DNA of 64,000 nt from Verrucomicrobiales bacterium (GCA_046075565.1 JBJTQJ010000031.1:29493-93492); one strand, 5' to 3'. Counted from the first letter of the stretch, positions 10,234 to 20,900 are shown. Program-made: numbers and translations. The notes: generated by a model not told the origin, from the letters alone.

Positions 10234-11055
10234 TTACCCAATAGTGCCGGGATTTTGGTTCAGGGCCTCGATACGGCCGGTGGTTCCGGTCCAGGAATGG
10301 CTCCGGGCAATGGCCGTCGTGATGAACTCCTTGGCAGCCGCTACCGCCGCGCCGAGCAACAGGCCCTTGGCGAGTCCGGCGGTGATGGCGGCGGAATAGG
10401 TGCAGCCGGTCCCGTGGGTGGTCACGCCCTCGATGAAGTCCGCTTCAAAGGTCTCGACGGAGGACTGGCCGGGCATGGCCAGCACATCGGTGGCGAGGCC
10501 GTCCCGCAAATGCCCGCCCTTGAGCAGGAAGGACGTCCCGTAGCGGTCGGCCAACTCCCTTGCCGTGGAAGCCAGACCGGAGCGCTCGATTTTCCTGCCG
10601 TCGAGCAAAACGGAGGCTTCGTCCAGATTGGGGGTCGCCAGCGTCGCGCGCGGCAGTAGCACCCGCCGGTAGAGGTCGATGGCCTCCGGCTCGATCAAGG
10701 GATCGCCGGTCGATGCCATCATCACCGGATCCACCACCAACGGGCAGGCCAAGCCCGACAAGGCTCCGGCCACCGCTTCGATGTGGGGAGCGGAAAAAAG
10801 CATCCCGGTCTTTACCGCGCCCAGCGGAAACGACTTCGCCAACAACGAGACCTGCCCGGCCACCAGCGCCGGCGGCAAAGGGAAAACCTCCTCGACCACC
10901 AACGCGGTCTCGGAAACCACACAGGTCACGGCGGTCAGGCCGTGCACGCCGAGGGCGGAGAAGGTTTTCAGATCCGCTTGCAGTCCGGCTCCGGCCGAAG
11001 AATCGGATCCCGCGATGGTCATGGCCACCGGTGGCGAGGAAATTTGGATGCTCAT
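10234..11055 (-). CDS. thiD: Hydroxymethylpyrimidine/phosphomethylpyrimidine kinase
   Basis: TIAGSDSSAGAGLQADLKTF, VVDPVM, TPNLDEA, LKGGH, THGTGCTYSAAI. Confidence 0.95.
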   Translation of the reverse strand: MSIQISSPPVAMTIAGSDSSAGAGLQADLKTFSALGVHGLTAVTCVVSETALVVEEVFPLPPALVAGQVSLLAKSFPLGAVKTGMLFSAPHIEAVAGALSGLACPLVVDPVMMASTGDPLIEPEAIDLYRRVLLPRATLATPNLDEASVLLDGRKIERSGLASTARELADRYGTSFLLKGGHLRDGLATDVLAMPGQSSVETFEADFIEGVTTHGTGCTYSAAITAGLAKGLLLGAAVAAAKEFITTAIARSHSWTGTTGRIEALNQNPGTIG

Positions 11056-11163
11056 GACCACAAATCACGCCGCGATGCGCCCGGTGGTCAAGCTCCCGGC
11101 GGGTCCGCGTTTTGGGCTCAAGGAAACCATCCGAAGGCGAATATCAGGATCAGGCAGACAAAA

Positions 11164-11402
11164 TCCCAGAGCGCCGTCGTCGGTCGCCGAAGGCTCCCTC
11201 TGCCAGCGCAGTCCGACACGATGGCTTTTCATATGCCCGGTGGTTACGGGGATTCAAACGCTTAACTTCGCGCGTATGCCCGTAGCGGCACCGCTTCCGG
11301 TGCCGGGCGAGGGACGCTCCACTTTCTCCGAGCTGCGATCTCTTCACCCCGGAATGCGAAGGCGTTCCGGGCGAGTCCCCGACTCCTTACGGGCGACTGG
11401 GA
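11164..11402. ncRNA. Candidate structured non-coding RNA of unknown family (~240 nt)
   Basis: Complementary ends TCCCAG..CGCCGT / ACGGGCG.CTGGGA and several internal hairpins in a gap without a credible ORF. Confidence 0.45.
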
Positions 11403-11490
11403 GAAATCCTTAACCTGACGCGCATGCCCTTAGTGGTGCCAGCGGGCGGGTGCCAGTTTCCGACGCAACTCGGTTCATCGACGTTTGCTG

Positions 11491-11582
11491 GCACCCCTGC
11501 CGGGGTGCGGGAGATATCTCTGGTAATCCGGTGGTGTCGCTACGCTCAGCCACCGGCTATAAGCTTCGATGCCTCCGGCATC
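11491..11582. repeat. REP-like palindromic element
   Basis: GCACCCCTGCCGGGGTGC, CCGGTGG-N15-CCACCGG and GATGCCTCCGGCATC hairpins in series. Confidence 0.7.
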
Positions 11583-11670
11583 GCCTTGAGCACTCCCCAT
11601 CTTGCCCAATAATGTGAGTTTAGCACCAGCAATCTTGGTCTTCCGAGTTCTCGTTGTTCAAATCCTTGTA

Positions 11671-11801
11671 GGGCAAGAGCGAGACGCTCTTGCTACGCGT
11701 GACGTGGAAACTCAAGGGGATATGGCCTGTGAGGTTCCCTCGGAGTAGTAGCAAGACCGTTGAAGCCTTCGAAGCCTTGGCGAAGTAGGCCCGGTCTTGC
11801 C
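11671..11801. repeat. REPIN-like doublet, copy 1, carrying a 29-nt insertion
   Basis: GGGCAAGAGCGAGACGCTCTTGCTAC ... GTAGCAAGACCGT[insert]CCCGGTCTTGCC; second copy at 35388-35489. Confidence 0.8.
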
Positions 11802-11997
11802 CTGAGACCTGAGCGCACTTTGCCATTTCGAGTGCTAAACTGACAGTATTGCCCATCTTGCCCAAAGATGGGAAACCCATCCGGCTTACGGGCCACTCGA
11901 TTCGCCATTCTACAGCCAATCTTCCCGTTCCCGCGAATAGTCAAAAAGTCCTGCCCGATTTGCGAAGAGCCTGAAATGCTAAGCTCTGAATTTTTCA

Positions 11998-12627
11998 TCA
12001 GGAATCTGCCAGCGTAGAGCCCGGTGGCTCATGCCTCGAGCGTCGTGGCCGCTGGAAGAGATAAGTGGATCCGGCAAAAATCAACGTCAAGAGAAGCAAG
12101 CACGTCGCTGCTCCGAAGCCATAAAGTCCGAATACGGCGACTATGTTCAGTGGGTCGAGAGCTTCCCCGACAACTGCCTCCTTTGTGTGGGTGCTGTGCG
12201 AATGGACGTATGCCAAGCGAGCAAGACAAAGTCCGAACAATGTCAGGCTAACACAAATGAGTTTTATCAGTGCTATGCGGCACTCGGCAGCCCCTGGATA
12301 TTTGAAGGTGATCTGGAGGCAAATCAATCCCCAACCCTCTTGAGAGAACCGGTGGGTATGGTTCTTAACGGCCCCGGGCTTCAGGTCGACTCGCTTCTCA
12401 AGAACAAAGACATTCGCCTCCGGGTAGTAGATCGAATAGTAGAAAAACTTCCGGCCCTGACCGGGAGTGTAATCAATATCCTCGCGAAGTGCTTGAAGCG
12501 TTGGGAATATCTTCGTGGGCTGATCAAAGCCGGAATAGGCTTCCTTAACGATTGGACCGCCCGATGCGAATATCGACGTCAGCACTTCATCTATTTGCGA
12601 TTCAGAAATGGTCTTTGTTGTCTGCAT
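11998..12627 (-). CDS. Hypothetical protein, possibly a chimera of two gene fragments
   Basis: Lower-GC ORF; soluble N-terminal part switches abruptly to two TM helices after ECRIA. Confidence 0.4.
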   Translation of the reverse strand: MQTTKTISESQIDEVLTSIFASGGPIVKEAYSGFDQPTKIFPTLQALREDIDYTPGQGRKFFYYSIYYPEANVFVLEKRVDLKPGAVKNHTHRFSQEGWGLICLQITFKYPGAAECRIALIKLICVSLTLFGLCLARLAYVHSHSTHTKEAVVGEALDPLNIVAVFGLYGFGAATCLLLLTLIFAGSTYLFQRPRRSRHEPPGSTLADS

Positions 12628-13003
12628 CTTTTTTACCGAACAGTCTTTATTCGTGTCCTCCCGCCGGATGATATCAAGCGGGGATTCTTCCGACATCGAA
12701 TGCAAAAACCGATTGGAAATCAGTGAGTTTTTTTTGGCCAAAGTGCGTATATCAGGCATCCTGCTGTTGAGGCCAGGTTTGGTCGAGTGCGCGGCTGATA
12801 TCAGGAGTCAGGGGACAGGAGGCCGATGTCGTTCTTTTCCCCATCCGTGGTCATCCGTGAAATCTGTGGTTCCTCAAGTCTCCGGGTTTGTCATTCCACA
12901 TCCATCCGGCAGCTGGCTCTACCGCGCGAGTTTCGGCCGAGGCACTTCGTGACCTCAGCCCTCCGGTGTTTCCAATGCCATCAGCTTCACGAGCAACCCA
13001 ATC

Positions 13004-14503
13004 TTATTCTTCTTCGCTGCCGCCGAGGGTGACGTTGATGTTGTAGGCGTTCTGGAGGTGGGCGTGGGCCTTGCTGGCTTGGCCGGATTTCGGGTAGCGT
13101 TTGCAGGTGAGCTGGAACGTGCGGATGGCACTTTCCTTGTCCTTGGCTTCCTCGTGGGTGAAACCGATTTGCAATGATGCCTCGGGGGCCGAAGCATCGA
13201 CGACCTTGCACTGGTTGTAGAGCACGATGGCCTCGGCGGTTTCGCCGAGTTTGCGGTGGCAGGCGGCCATGCGGAAGTAACTGTCCGGGAACCGGTCGCT
13301 CTGACGGTAGGTGGCGATGGCTTTTTTCCAGTCGGCGAGCTTTTCATAACATCCGGCAATGGCCCAGAGGTATTCGCCGACGTTGTTTCCATCAAGATCG
13401 ATCAGCTCGCGGTAGGCGGTGATGGCTTCGGCGGTTTTGCCTTCTTCCAGCAGCATCGCGATCAGATTCTTGCGTCCGGCGACCACATCCTTGAACTGAC
13501 CGTAAATCCGGCGGGCCTCATCGCGTTTTTCCCGCTTTTTGCACCACTCCGCCATGCGTCCCAACAATCCGTCGTCGTTGCCAAAACGCTTACCGATTTC
13601 CTCATACAATGCCCATGTCTCGGACGGCCGCCCGAGGGAGGAATTTAGATCGGCGGCGCGGTAAAGAAGGTCCTTCGCGATATCCGGTCGGGCGGCGCCC
13701 TCCGTGCGCAAGGTGTCGAGCAATTGGTCGGCGAGTTTGAGCGCGGCATTCCGTGTGCCGGGTTCCTTGAGCAGGTGTTCGACCGTTTTGGTGGACATGC
13801 CATAGACGGCATCGAAGAGCTCGGGTCCGCTGTAACTGGTGGCGAGGGCCTTTTTTCCATCGTCGAGCCGCTGGGCGAAAAAATGGAGTTGGGCGAGTTC
13901 CCGGCTGGCCTCCAAACAGGTCGCTTTGGAGGACTCCGTCCGTTTCACCTTGTAGGTGAGATCATTGAGCAACGAGAGTTTTTCCGCCTCATCCTGGTGG
14001 AGACGGGCATAGTGGAGCAGGTCGGTCCGCGAACGGATGGCAATCTCGTGCTCAGGGTATTCCTTGACCAGAAAACGGAACGCGTCCTGCGCCTTCTTGA
14101 CTTCGCCCATCTTGCGGTAGGCATCGGCAATGCAGTAGGCGGCCAACGTGGCTTCGTGGGATTCCGGCCAGTAGTCAATGACCGATTGGAAGCCCTCGCG
14201 CAGGGCGGTTTCGGGCTTCTTGAGGTGCATCATGCTGTGGCTCCACATCAATTGCGCGTAGGGCGCGCCGGGGCTCTTTTCGTAAAGGGTCAGGAACTTC
14301 TCGTATTCGGCCAGCGCAGTCTTGAAGTCGCCATTGGTGTAGAGCTTTTCCGCGATCCGGAGCTGATAGCGCTCGACCTCTCGCATCTTTTCAAAGGTCG
14401 GCACCTGGATCTGTTCGAGCGGGGATAGCCCGGCGAAAAGGCATGCGCCTTGCCCCATGCTCCACAGGGCGGTCAACAGGGCGATGACAATGGGCTTTTT
14501 CAT
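13004..14503 (-). CDS. Secreted tetratricopeptide-repeat protein
   Basis: Signal peptide MKKPIVIALL; TPR-like units such as YEKFLTLYEKSP, VIDYWPES, CKRYPKS; ATGA overlap with the upstream gene. Confidence 0.8.
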   Translation of the reverse strand: MKKPIVIALLTALWSMGQGACLFAGLSPLEQIQVPTFEKMREVERYQLRIAEKLYTNGDFKTALAEYEKFLTLYEKSPGAPYAQLMWSHSMMHLKKPETALREGFQSVIDYWPESHEATLAAYCIADAYRKMGEVKKAQDAFRFLVKEYPEHEIAIRSRTDLLHYARLHQDEAEKLSLLNDLTYKVKRTESSKATCLEASRELAQLHFFAQRLDDGKKALATSYSGPELFDAVYGMSTKTVEHLLKEPGTRNAALKLADQLLDTLRTEGAARPDIAKDLLYRAADLNSSLGRPSETWALYEEIGKRFGNDDGLLGRMAEWCKKREKRDEARRIYGQFKDVVAGRKNLIAMLLEEGKTAEAITAYRELIDLDGNNVGEYLWAIAGCYEKLADWKKAIATYRQSDRFPDSYFRMAACHRKLGETAEAIVLYNQCKVVDASAPEASLQIGFTHEEAKDKESAIRTFQLTCKRYPKSGQASKAHAHLQNAYNINVTLGGSEEE

Positions 14504-15918
14504 TTCGCGGTGGCGGCGAGCCATTTGTTGTATTCGGCGTGGGCGTAATGGATGATGTTCACTCCGAGTTGGTAGCAGGATTCCCAGACTTCGTGGGGCA
14601 CGCCGGAATGTCCGTCCGCCCACGCGTCGCCAATGTCGCCCGGATGATAATACACGGCAAGGCGCCCGTCCACCACCCAGCCGAGGGCATTGGAGCGACC
14701 ATGGGGGGCGACAATCGGCAGGCGTGGCAATGGATAAGGCACGCGGTGGATTGGGTGATCGAGATAGACCGAGATGGGCTCCACCCGTGGGAGAATCTTC
14801 GCCATCATGCCGACGAACTGCCCTTCCCAGCCGGAGCTGCCGCCATTGTCGCCGAACAACATGCCGTGGTGTTCCAGCAGGTAGGTGCGCAGGATTTTAA
14901 TCTCGGCATCGCTCACGTTGATGTTCCGCTGGCCGGTCATATAAACCATCGGCGGGCTCTTGCGGGGCGGGAAAGTTTTCAGCCGCGCGATGGCCATCGG
15001 CTCCGGGCGATCGCTGACCTGATGACCGAGGCGCACACCGTATTCGGTCAGCAGGTTGAGATCCGCCCCGCGGGCCATGTCTTGATCCCAATCTCCGCCG
15101 TCGTAGATCAAACGGATGAAGCGGACCTTGCCGCGCGGCGAACCGCGTGAAAATCCCGCGCCCTCGCCCAGCCCCTGGCCGATCTGATAAAGGTGTTCGG
15201 TCACTTCCAGCACGTTGAGCTTCACGTCATCGATGGGCGGCGGATTGAACAAGATGCTGCTGTAGGGATTGATGACGTATTTCTTTTTGATGACCTTCTG
15301 GATTTGCACCACCTGCTTGAGTTGCTTGACCTCGCCTCCGCCCAACGGGGACTCGTAGATGGAACAACCGGTGAGCCTCGTGAGGATGAGCAACACGCAG
15401 CCGAAGAGAAAGCTATAGGTGACGACGGTGAAAACCGACTGGCGGAGTTTGCGGCTGTTACGTCCGAAATACCATGCCGCCAATTGGCGCGGATCCCATA
15501 CCCGCTTCGTGGTGTCCGGAGGTTTGGCGCGTTTGGTTTCCCTTTCAATCCACCACACCGCCCAGGCGAGACCGATGAAGAATGCAATCACCGTCCCGGC
15601 CGTGGTGATGCCGTCTGCCATCCCGTAGGATGACCACAGCAATGGCAAATGGGCGGCGAGTTGCCAGAGCGGGAAGTAACATGCGGTCAAGACGGCGCGG
15701 AAAACGATGGGCGGGCCGGACCGCCAGCGCCGCAGCCAATAGAAACAAACGGGAAGGGCCGCCACAAAGCCGATCGCTTGCCCACCGGGCGAAAAAAAAT
15801 AGAACACGTGGGCATCGAGCCAAAACAAACACCAGATCACGGCGGCAATCCCCGTCAGCACGACCGGACGGCGGACGTGATGCGCCAAGAATTGCCTGAA
15901 CCGGGATCCATCCATCAC
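14500..15918 (-). CDS. Membrane-anchored DUF4159 domain protein
   Basis: N-terminal TM helices; FIRLIYDGGDWD, PMVYMTG, GMLFGD, HPIH and YQLGVNIIHYA typical of DUF4159. Confidence 0.75.
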   Translation of the reverse strand: MMDGSRFRQFLAHHVRRPVVLTGIAAVIWCLFWLDAHVFYFFSPGGQAIGFVAALPVCFYWLRRWRSGPPIVFRAVLTACYFPLWQLAAHLPLLWSSYGMADGITTAGTVIAFFIGLAWAVWWIERETKRAKPPDTTKRVWDPRQLAAWYFGRNSRKLRQSVFTVVTYSFLFGCVLLILTRLTGCSIYESPLGGGEVKQLKQVVQIQKVIKKKYVINPYSSILFNPPPIDDVKLNVLEVTEHLYQIGQGLGEGAGFSRGSPRGKVRFIRLIYDGGDWDQDMARGADLNLLTEYGVRLGHQVSDRPEPMAIARLKTFPPRKSPPMVYMTGQRNINVSDAEIKILRTYLLEHHGMLFGDNGGSSGWEGQFVGMMAKILPRVEPISVYLDHPIHRVPYPLPRLPIVAPHGRSNALGWVVDGRLAVYYHPGDIGDAWADGHSGVPHEVWESCYQLGVNIIHYAHAEYNKWLAATAK

Positions 15919-16427
15919 TCGAGGTCCTTCAGGAAATCATCGGTCCGGCTCTCAAGCGGGTTCTTATCCGGAGGAGCGGAAATTTCCCCGCCGATGCCGA
16001 GATTGGAAAGCGCATCGGCCGACGGGGCTGCGGGCTTGACTTCGGCGGGCGGGGTTTCGGGAGCGGCTGGAACCGTGGGCTGCGCCGGGGCTGCCGGGAC
16101 GGTCGCGGCTGCGGGTTGCGCGGCGACTGGCGCTTCATCCTTGGCGAGGAAATAGGGGATGGCGGTGAAGATGAGAATCGTGCCCGCAATCAGGGCGGTG
16201 GAAAGACCAAGGCAGCGGACGAGTTGGCTACCGGCGACAATCCCGAGCATTTCCTGCGGGCTTTTGCCTTTGAGTTCGCGCAGGAAGGCCTGCAACTCGG
16301 CCATGGTCTCACGGGAGTTGTTCCGCATCTCGCGCATGTCCGCCGTGGCGCTGGCGAGGGCACTTCGTTTGGCGGCCGGTTTCTCGGGTTGGATTTTCAT
16401 GACGTGGGATTCACTCTTCGGGTTCAA
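15915..16427 (-). CDS. Hypothetical single-TM protein with a Pro/Ala-rich C-terminal region
   Basis: Helical N-terminus, one TM helix, PAAPAQPTVPAAPETPP linker; overlaps both neighbours. Confidence 0.7.
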   Translation of the reverse strand: MNPKSESHVMKIQPEKPAAKRSALASATADMREMRNNSRETMAELQAFLRELKGKSPQEMLGIVAGSQLVRCLGLSTALIAGTILIFTAIPYFLAKDEAPVAAQPAAATVPAAPAQPTVPAAPETPPAEVKPAAPSADALSNLGIGGEISAPPDKNPLESRTDDFLKDLE

Positions 16428-16812
16428 GGATGTGGATCAAATCACCGCCGGCTTCGGCGATGGCGGCGATGACCGGTTCAAAATGGGTGGCTTTGGCTTC
16501 GCGGTGGACCTTGAGGAACACATGACGTTGTCCGGCTGGGGTATCGCCGAGGATGGCGTTCAGCGCGGCGGCCAGTTCGGCGGGAGTGGTCTCCTTGCCA
16601 TCGAGATAGGTTTTGAATCCGGTGTCGATGGTGACACTGGCCCGCGGCGCGGCGACCATTTCCACCTCCTTGAGTTTGGCCGGTTGCCACTGGATGTGGC
16701 TGTCGTCCTGCGCCCGGGCGAGGATGACAAAGAAGATCAACAAAAGAAACGCGATGTCCCCCATGGCGAAGGTGGGAATCGACGCGGTCAATTGTTTGCG
16801 CGGAAGTTTCAT
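16411..16812 (-). CDS. exbD: Biopolymer transporter ExbD/TolR-family protein
   Basis: MGDIAFLLLIFF TM motif containing the conserved Asp. Confidence 0.85.
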   Translation of the reverse strand: MKLPRKQLTASIPTFAMGDIAFLLLIFFVILARAQDDSHIQWQPAKLKEVEMVAAPRASVTIDTGFKTYLDGKETTPAELAAALNAILGDTPAGQRHVFLKVHREAKATHFEPVIAAIAEAGGDLIHILEPEE

Positions 16813-17231
16813 TCGACGTTGATGGTTTCCTTCGATTCAAGTTCCAGAGTCAGGATGCCGCCCGCTTGGTCAATGACCTGCGAGACCTGCATCCACCTCG
16901 GATAAGGAGTCTCCGGTGAACTTTTGACCACCACGATGCGGTCCTCCTCGCGGGACTTTTGTTTGAGTTCGGCGGCGAGGCGGGTAGCGAATTCCGGGAG
17001 TTGCAGCGGGTTGCCGTTGAGCACGATGCTGCTGGGCGTGATTGAGACCTCGAGGTTCTGGCTTTGGTCGCGCTTTTCGGCTTTGGCTTCGGTCTTCGGG
17101 AGGGTCTGCGGCACGCCGGTCTCCGGCTGCACGGCCGCGCAAACCAGGAAAAAGATGATCAAGGTAAAGGCGATGTCCGAGCTGGCGCAGCCCGGCGGAT
17201 CGACCAAGAGGGTGCCGCGTTTCAGTTTCAT
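16809..17231 (-). CDS. exbD: Biopolymer transporter ExbD/TolR-family protein
   Basis: SSDIAFTLIIFFLV motif; IVVVKSSPETPY periplasmic domain. Confidence 0.85.
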   Translation of the reverse strand: MKLKRGTLLVDPPGCASSDIAFTLIIFFLVCAAVQPETGVPQTLPKTEAKAEKRDQSQNLEVSITPSSIVLNGNPLQLPEFATRLAAELKQKSREEDRIVVVKSSPETPYPRWMQVSQVIDQAGGILTLELESKETINVE

Positions 17232-17947
17232 GGTTCGCGTGACTTGATGGTCATTCGGAGGGTGACAACTTCGATCATTTCGGCGGCGGAGCTTTCCACC
17301 TGCAGGACGAACTCATTGATGATACCGGTGAAATAGTTGAAGGCCATGTAGGCCGGAATACCGACAATCAAGCCGAAGGCGGTGGTGAGCAGCGCGACCC
17401 GGATCCCGGCGGCAGCAGCCACCACGATGTTCTGCTGGCCGATATTCGCCTCGATGTCCCCGAAGGCGACGATCATGCCCTGCACGGTGCCGAGGAATCC
17501 GAGCATCGGCGCGACCGACGCGATGGTCGCGAGGATGGGCAGGTGTTTTTCCAAGGCGGCGACGATGTGCACACCGCAATTTTCCATGCTTTTGATCACC
17601 TGTTGTTCGAGTTGGGCGGGATCGTAGTCGAGGCGGCGCAGCACGAGATACTTGCGCAGGCCGTTGGAAAGCACGGCCGGCACGGGGCCGCGGGCGGCAT
17701 CACACAGTTCGAGGGATTCCTCAATCCGATCTTCGGATAACAACGTGACAACCTGTTCGCGGAGCGCGGAAGAATCCGTTCCCAACATTTTCAGACTGCG
17801 GTAGCGTTCGATGACCACGGCAAGTCCGAGGATGAGCAGGAGGAGGATCGGCCACATGAAAATCCCGCCTTCCAGCAGGTGTTTCATGGCACCGCTTTCG
17901 AAAAATCCGGCGGCAAGGGTGGATGGAATGGGAAGATTCATGATCAT
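17228..17947 (-). CDS. exbB: MotA/TolQ/ExbB proton-channel protein
   Basis: GGIFMWPI, LATIASVAPMLGFLGTVQGMI, GIRVALLTTAFGLIVGIP. Confidence 0.92.
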   Translation of the reverse strand: MIMNLPIPSTLAAGFFESGAMKHLLEGGIFMWPILLLLILGLAVVIERYRSLKMLGTDSSALREQVVTLLSEDRIEESLELCDAARGPVPAVLSNGLRKYLVLRRLDYDPAQLEQQVIKSMENCGVHIVAALEKHLPILATIASVAPMLGFLGTVQGMIVAFGDIEANIGQQNIVVAAAAGIRVALLTTAFGLIVGIPAYMAFNYFTGIINEFVLQVESSAAEMIEVVTLRMTIKSREP

Positions 17948-20900
17948 TCGTTGAGATTCGCCTCGCGGTCGAACTGGTTGAGCAACTCCGGCAGGGCGAG
18001 GCGGCCGCGAGAGTATTTGGCGGCGTCGCTTTCGGGGAAATCCCAACGGCAGCGGTTGTAGCGCCGGAACGCGTTCGGGATATCCTTGCCCATACGGTAG
18101 CTTTCCCCCGCCCAGAACAACGCCTGCGCGGTGAGTTCTTGTTCGGGATAACGTTTCACGAAGGCATCAAAGGCGGAACCGGCCTTGATGAATTCATCCA
18201 TCTTGTAGTGGCATTGCCCGATGCGGAACGCCATCTTGGGCGCCCATTCGTGGTTGGGGAAACGTTCGACAAACTTGATGCCGACCGTGGCTGCGACAGC
18301 AAAGTCTTCTTTCACATAAAAATGCTCGTTGATACGCAGCATGACATTGGCGATCAGCGGGCTCTTCGGATAAGTGGCGGCGAGAGTCACGTAGGATTCG
18401 AGAGCTTCGTCCAACTCACCCGCCTCTTCATGGCATTGGCCGAGCTTGTAGAGTGCGTCGGGCGCGAGATTGTGTTCCGGATAGTTGCTCACGATGGATC
18501 CGTAGGCGGCGATGGCATCGTTCCAATCCTTGGTCTCCTGGGCGAATTGGCCCAACAGATAGGAAACCCGGGGTTTGTATTTCGGATCGGGATGATCCTC
18601 GTGGAGTTCGCGCAACACGCGCTTGCCGGCATTGAGGGCGGCCGTGGACTCCTCTTCGTTGTCGAGTTTCCGCTGGCCTTTGAAAAGCTCGAAGTAGCTT
18701 TCGGCAATGTGGAAACGGGTTTGCGTGGCCAGCTCCTCGTCCTTGAAGACCTTGCTGAAGGCGGAGAATTGGCCATCGGTGCCGACTGCGAGGGGGATTT
18801 CGATTTTTAGGATGGTTTGTCCGTCCTCGGTGTGCGGGACGTTGTCGAGATAGCCGACGGTCAGCGCATCCCCGAAAAAGCACTCGATGCCGCCCTCGAA
18901 GTTGGCCGGCTTGGGGGCGGAGGAGGCGATGAGTGGAAACGCGCCGCTGAAAATCCCGCTGTGGCTGACGGTTTCCTCCAGTTCGACCGTTTCATCTTCT
19001 CCGGAGGAAGTCATGATCCTGACCATCGCCTTGTCGCGCTGGTCGGAAAGATCGCGATCCGGATCCTCCAAGAGGATGAAAAGTTTTTTCCCGACATACC
19101 CGGTGTCCACATCCTCGGCATACCCGCTATCGGTGATGCGCAAGGTCGCGGCCGAACGGAGGGTGGCCTTGGCATCCAGGGTGGCCTCTTTTCCATCCGG
19201 GCGCGAGACATCCTGGTAGCTCGCGGTCAGGGTATCGGCTCCGGTGACATTGAGCACGCGCATGCCGGGAAGCGCGGTGGCGGTGGCGCTGATAGCCGCG
19301 CCTTCAACCGGCACCGTGGCCGGGCTTTCGATGCCTCCGAGCATCAGGGGAATCCGGCCAACAAACCGGCCTTCCAACAAGGCGGGATTGGGAGCATCAT
19401 CCAGCGTGGCATTCGGCGGAGCGTGGTCACGAGAGAGGAAACAACGGATACGAGACTTGGTTCCCTGGGTGGTGGTGACATCGATGCTCACCTCACTGCG
19501 CGAGTTCTTCGCCTCGTCGGGGTCAATCACTTCGATGGTCAGGGGCAGCCGGTAATCCACCGTGGCCACGTGGTCTTTCGCGGGCGTGGTCATCACCGGA
19601 GAAAATGCTGGTGGTCCGCCGAAGGGCTTTTGACTTTCCACTATCTGGATGATGGCCTCGGTCGGTTCATTGATTAGAACCACGGCCTCACGCGGGGAGG
19701 CATGGCCGGGGAAAATATTCTGCCGGTCGGTGTAGCGCAGATAAAGCTTGTCGCCGCGCTTCACCGCGATTTTGCCTTCGGTTGCTGCATTGGCCGTTTC
19801 GATTTCGGCGGTGAAGACTCCCGTCGAGGGGCCGGTTTCGACGGCGGTAAGCTTGATGGGAGCATCGGCATTCACCTGCACTTCCACCTCCACCGAGTCG
19901 CGGTCGAGGCCGATGTCCAAATCAAAATCAGTCACTTCCGCGACGATGCGCTCGCCGGGTTCGAAGCGCAGTAGTTCCTTGCGGGAACCCTGGACCGAGC
20001 CGTCGCCGGCGCGGTTGAAACCATAGGTGATCGGAACCATGGTCCCGTTGTGATAGGTGGCCGTGAGGTCTTTGGTCAGCAGGCGGTTGCGCTGGCGTCC
20101 CCCGGCAGTGATTTCGTCCAGATAGGAGACCGTAACGGTGTCGCCCGGCGCGAGTTCAAGGATGTTGTTGCCGGCCAGCTCGAGCACATCCTCCGCCGGC
20201 GGAGTGTGGCGCTTGCCTCCGCCCTCAACCTGCACGTTGCTCACCGCGATCGATTCACCGCGGTATTCGAGGAATTCGAAATCGATGAAGCGCAGCGGGC
20301 GCGAAGGCATCGAGAAACTCCATGTGTTGGCTTCCTTTTTGATTCCCGAGGACGATTGTGGGGCAGCTTCTGTTAGGCCGAGCACGGCGGCGACGTCAAA
20401 ATCCGCCGCGCTGAAAGGTAGCATTTTCACCGCCGATGACTGGCGGCTTTCCCGGGCGCGCTGGGCTTCGACCGCCTTGGTGGCGGGGGTGGCGAGTGAA
20501 AAGATAGTCAACTCGTGCGAGCCTCGTCCAAGGAACACATCAACCGTGCGCCCATCCTCGCCAAGCGGAAGCTCCAACTTGCCGTCGAGCATTATGGCGG
20601 ATTTTGCACCAGTGACCCCGAGGCGCACGGCGCCATCGCGTTCCTGGACGAAGGAACCGGACCAGACGAGGAAGTGGGCGTCCGTGTTGTTTTCGGGAGC
20701 TTGCCATGCCAATCCATCGACCTTGCGCGTTTCCGTTGGCTCGGACTTGAGAACAAGTTCGGCGATCTGCTCCCAGGTGTAGGACTCCCGCAATTCCTTC
20801 GCGGGTATCTTGTAAATGCGGAGCTGCATTTGCTTGTCGGCGAATGTGATCCGCTTTTCCGCCGGGGCGGGGGGGAATTCATCGAGAAGATACCAATACC

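Noticed and set aside
11062-11410. TPP riboswitch upstream of thiD
   Set aside because: No CTGAGA or complete TPP core on the minus strand.
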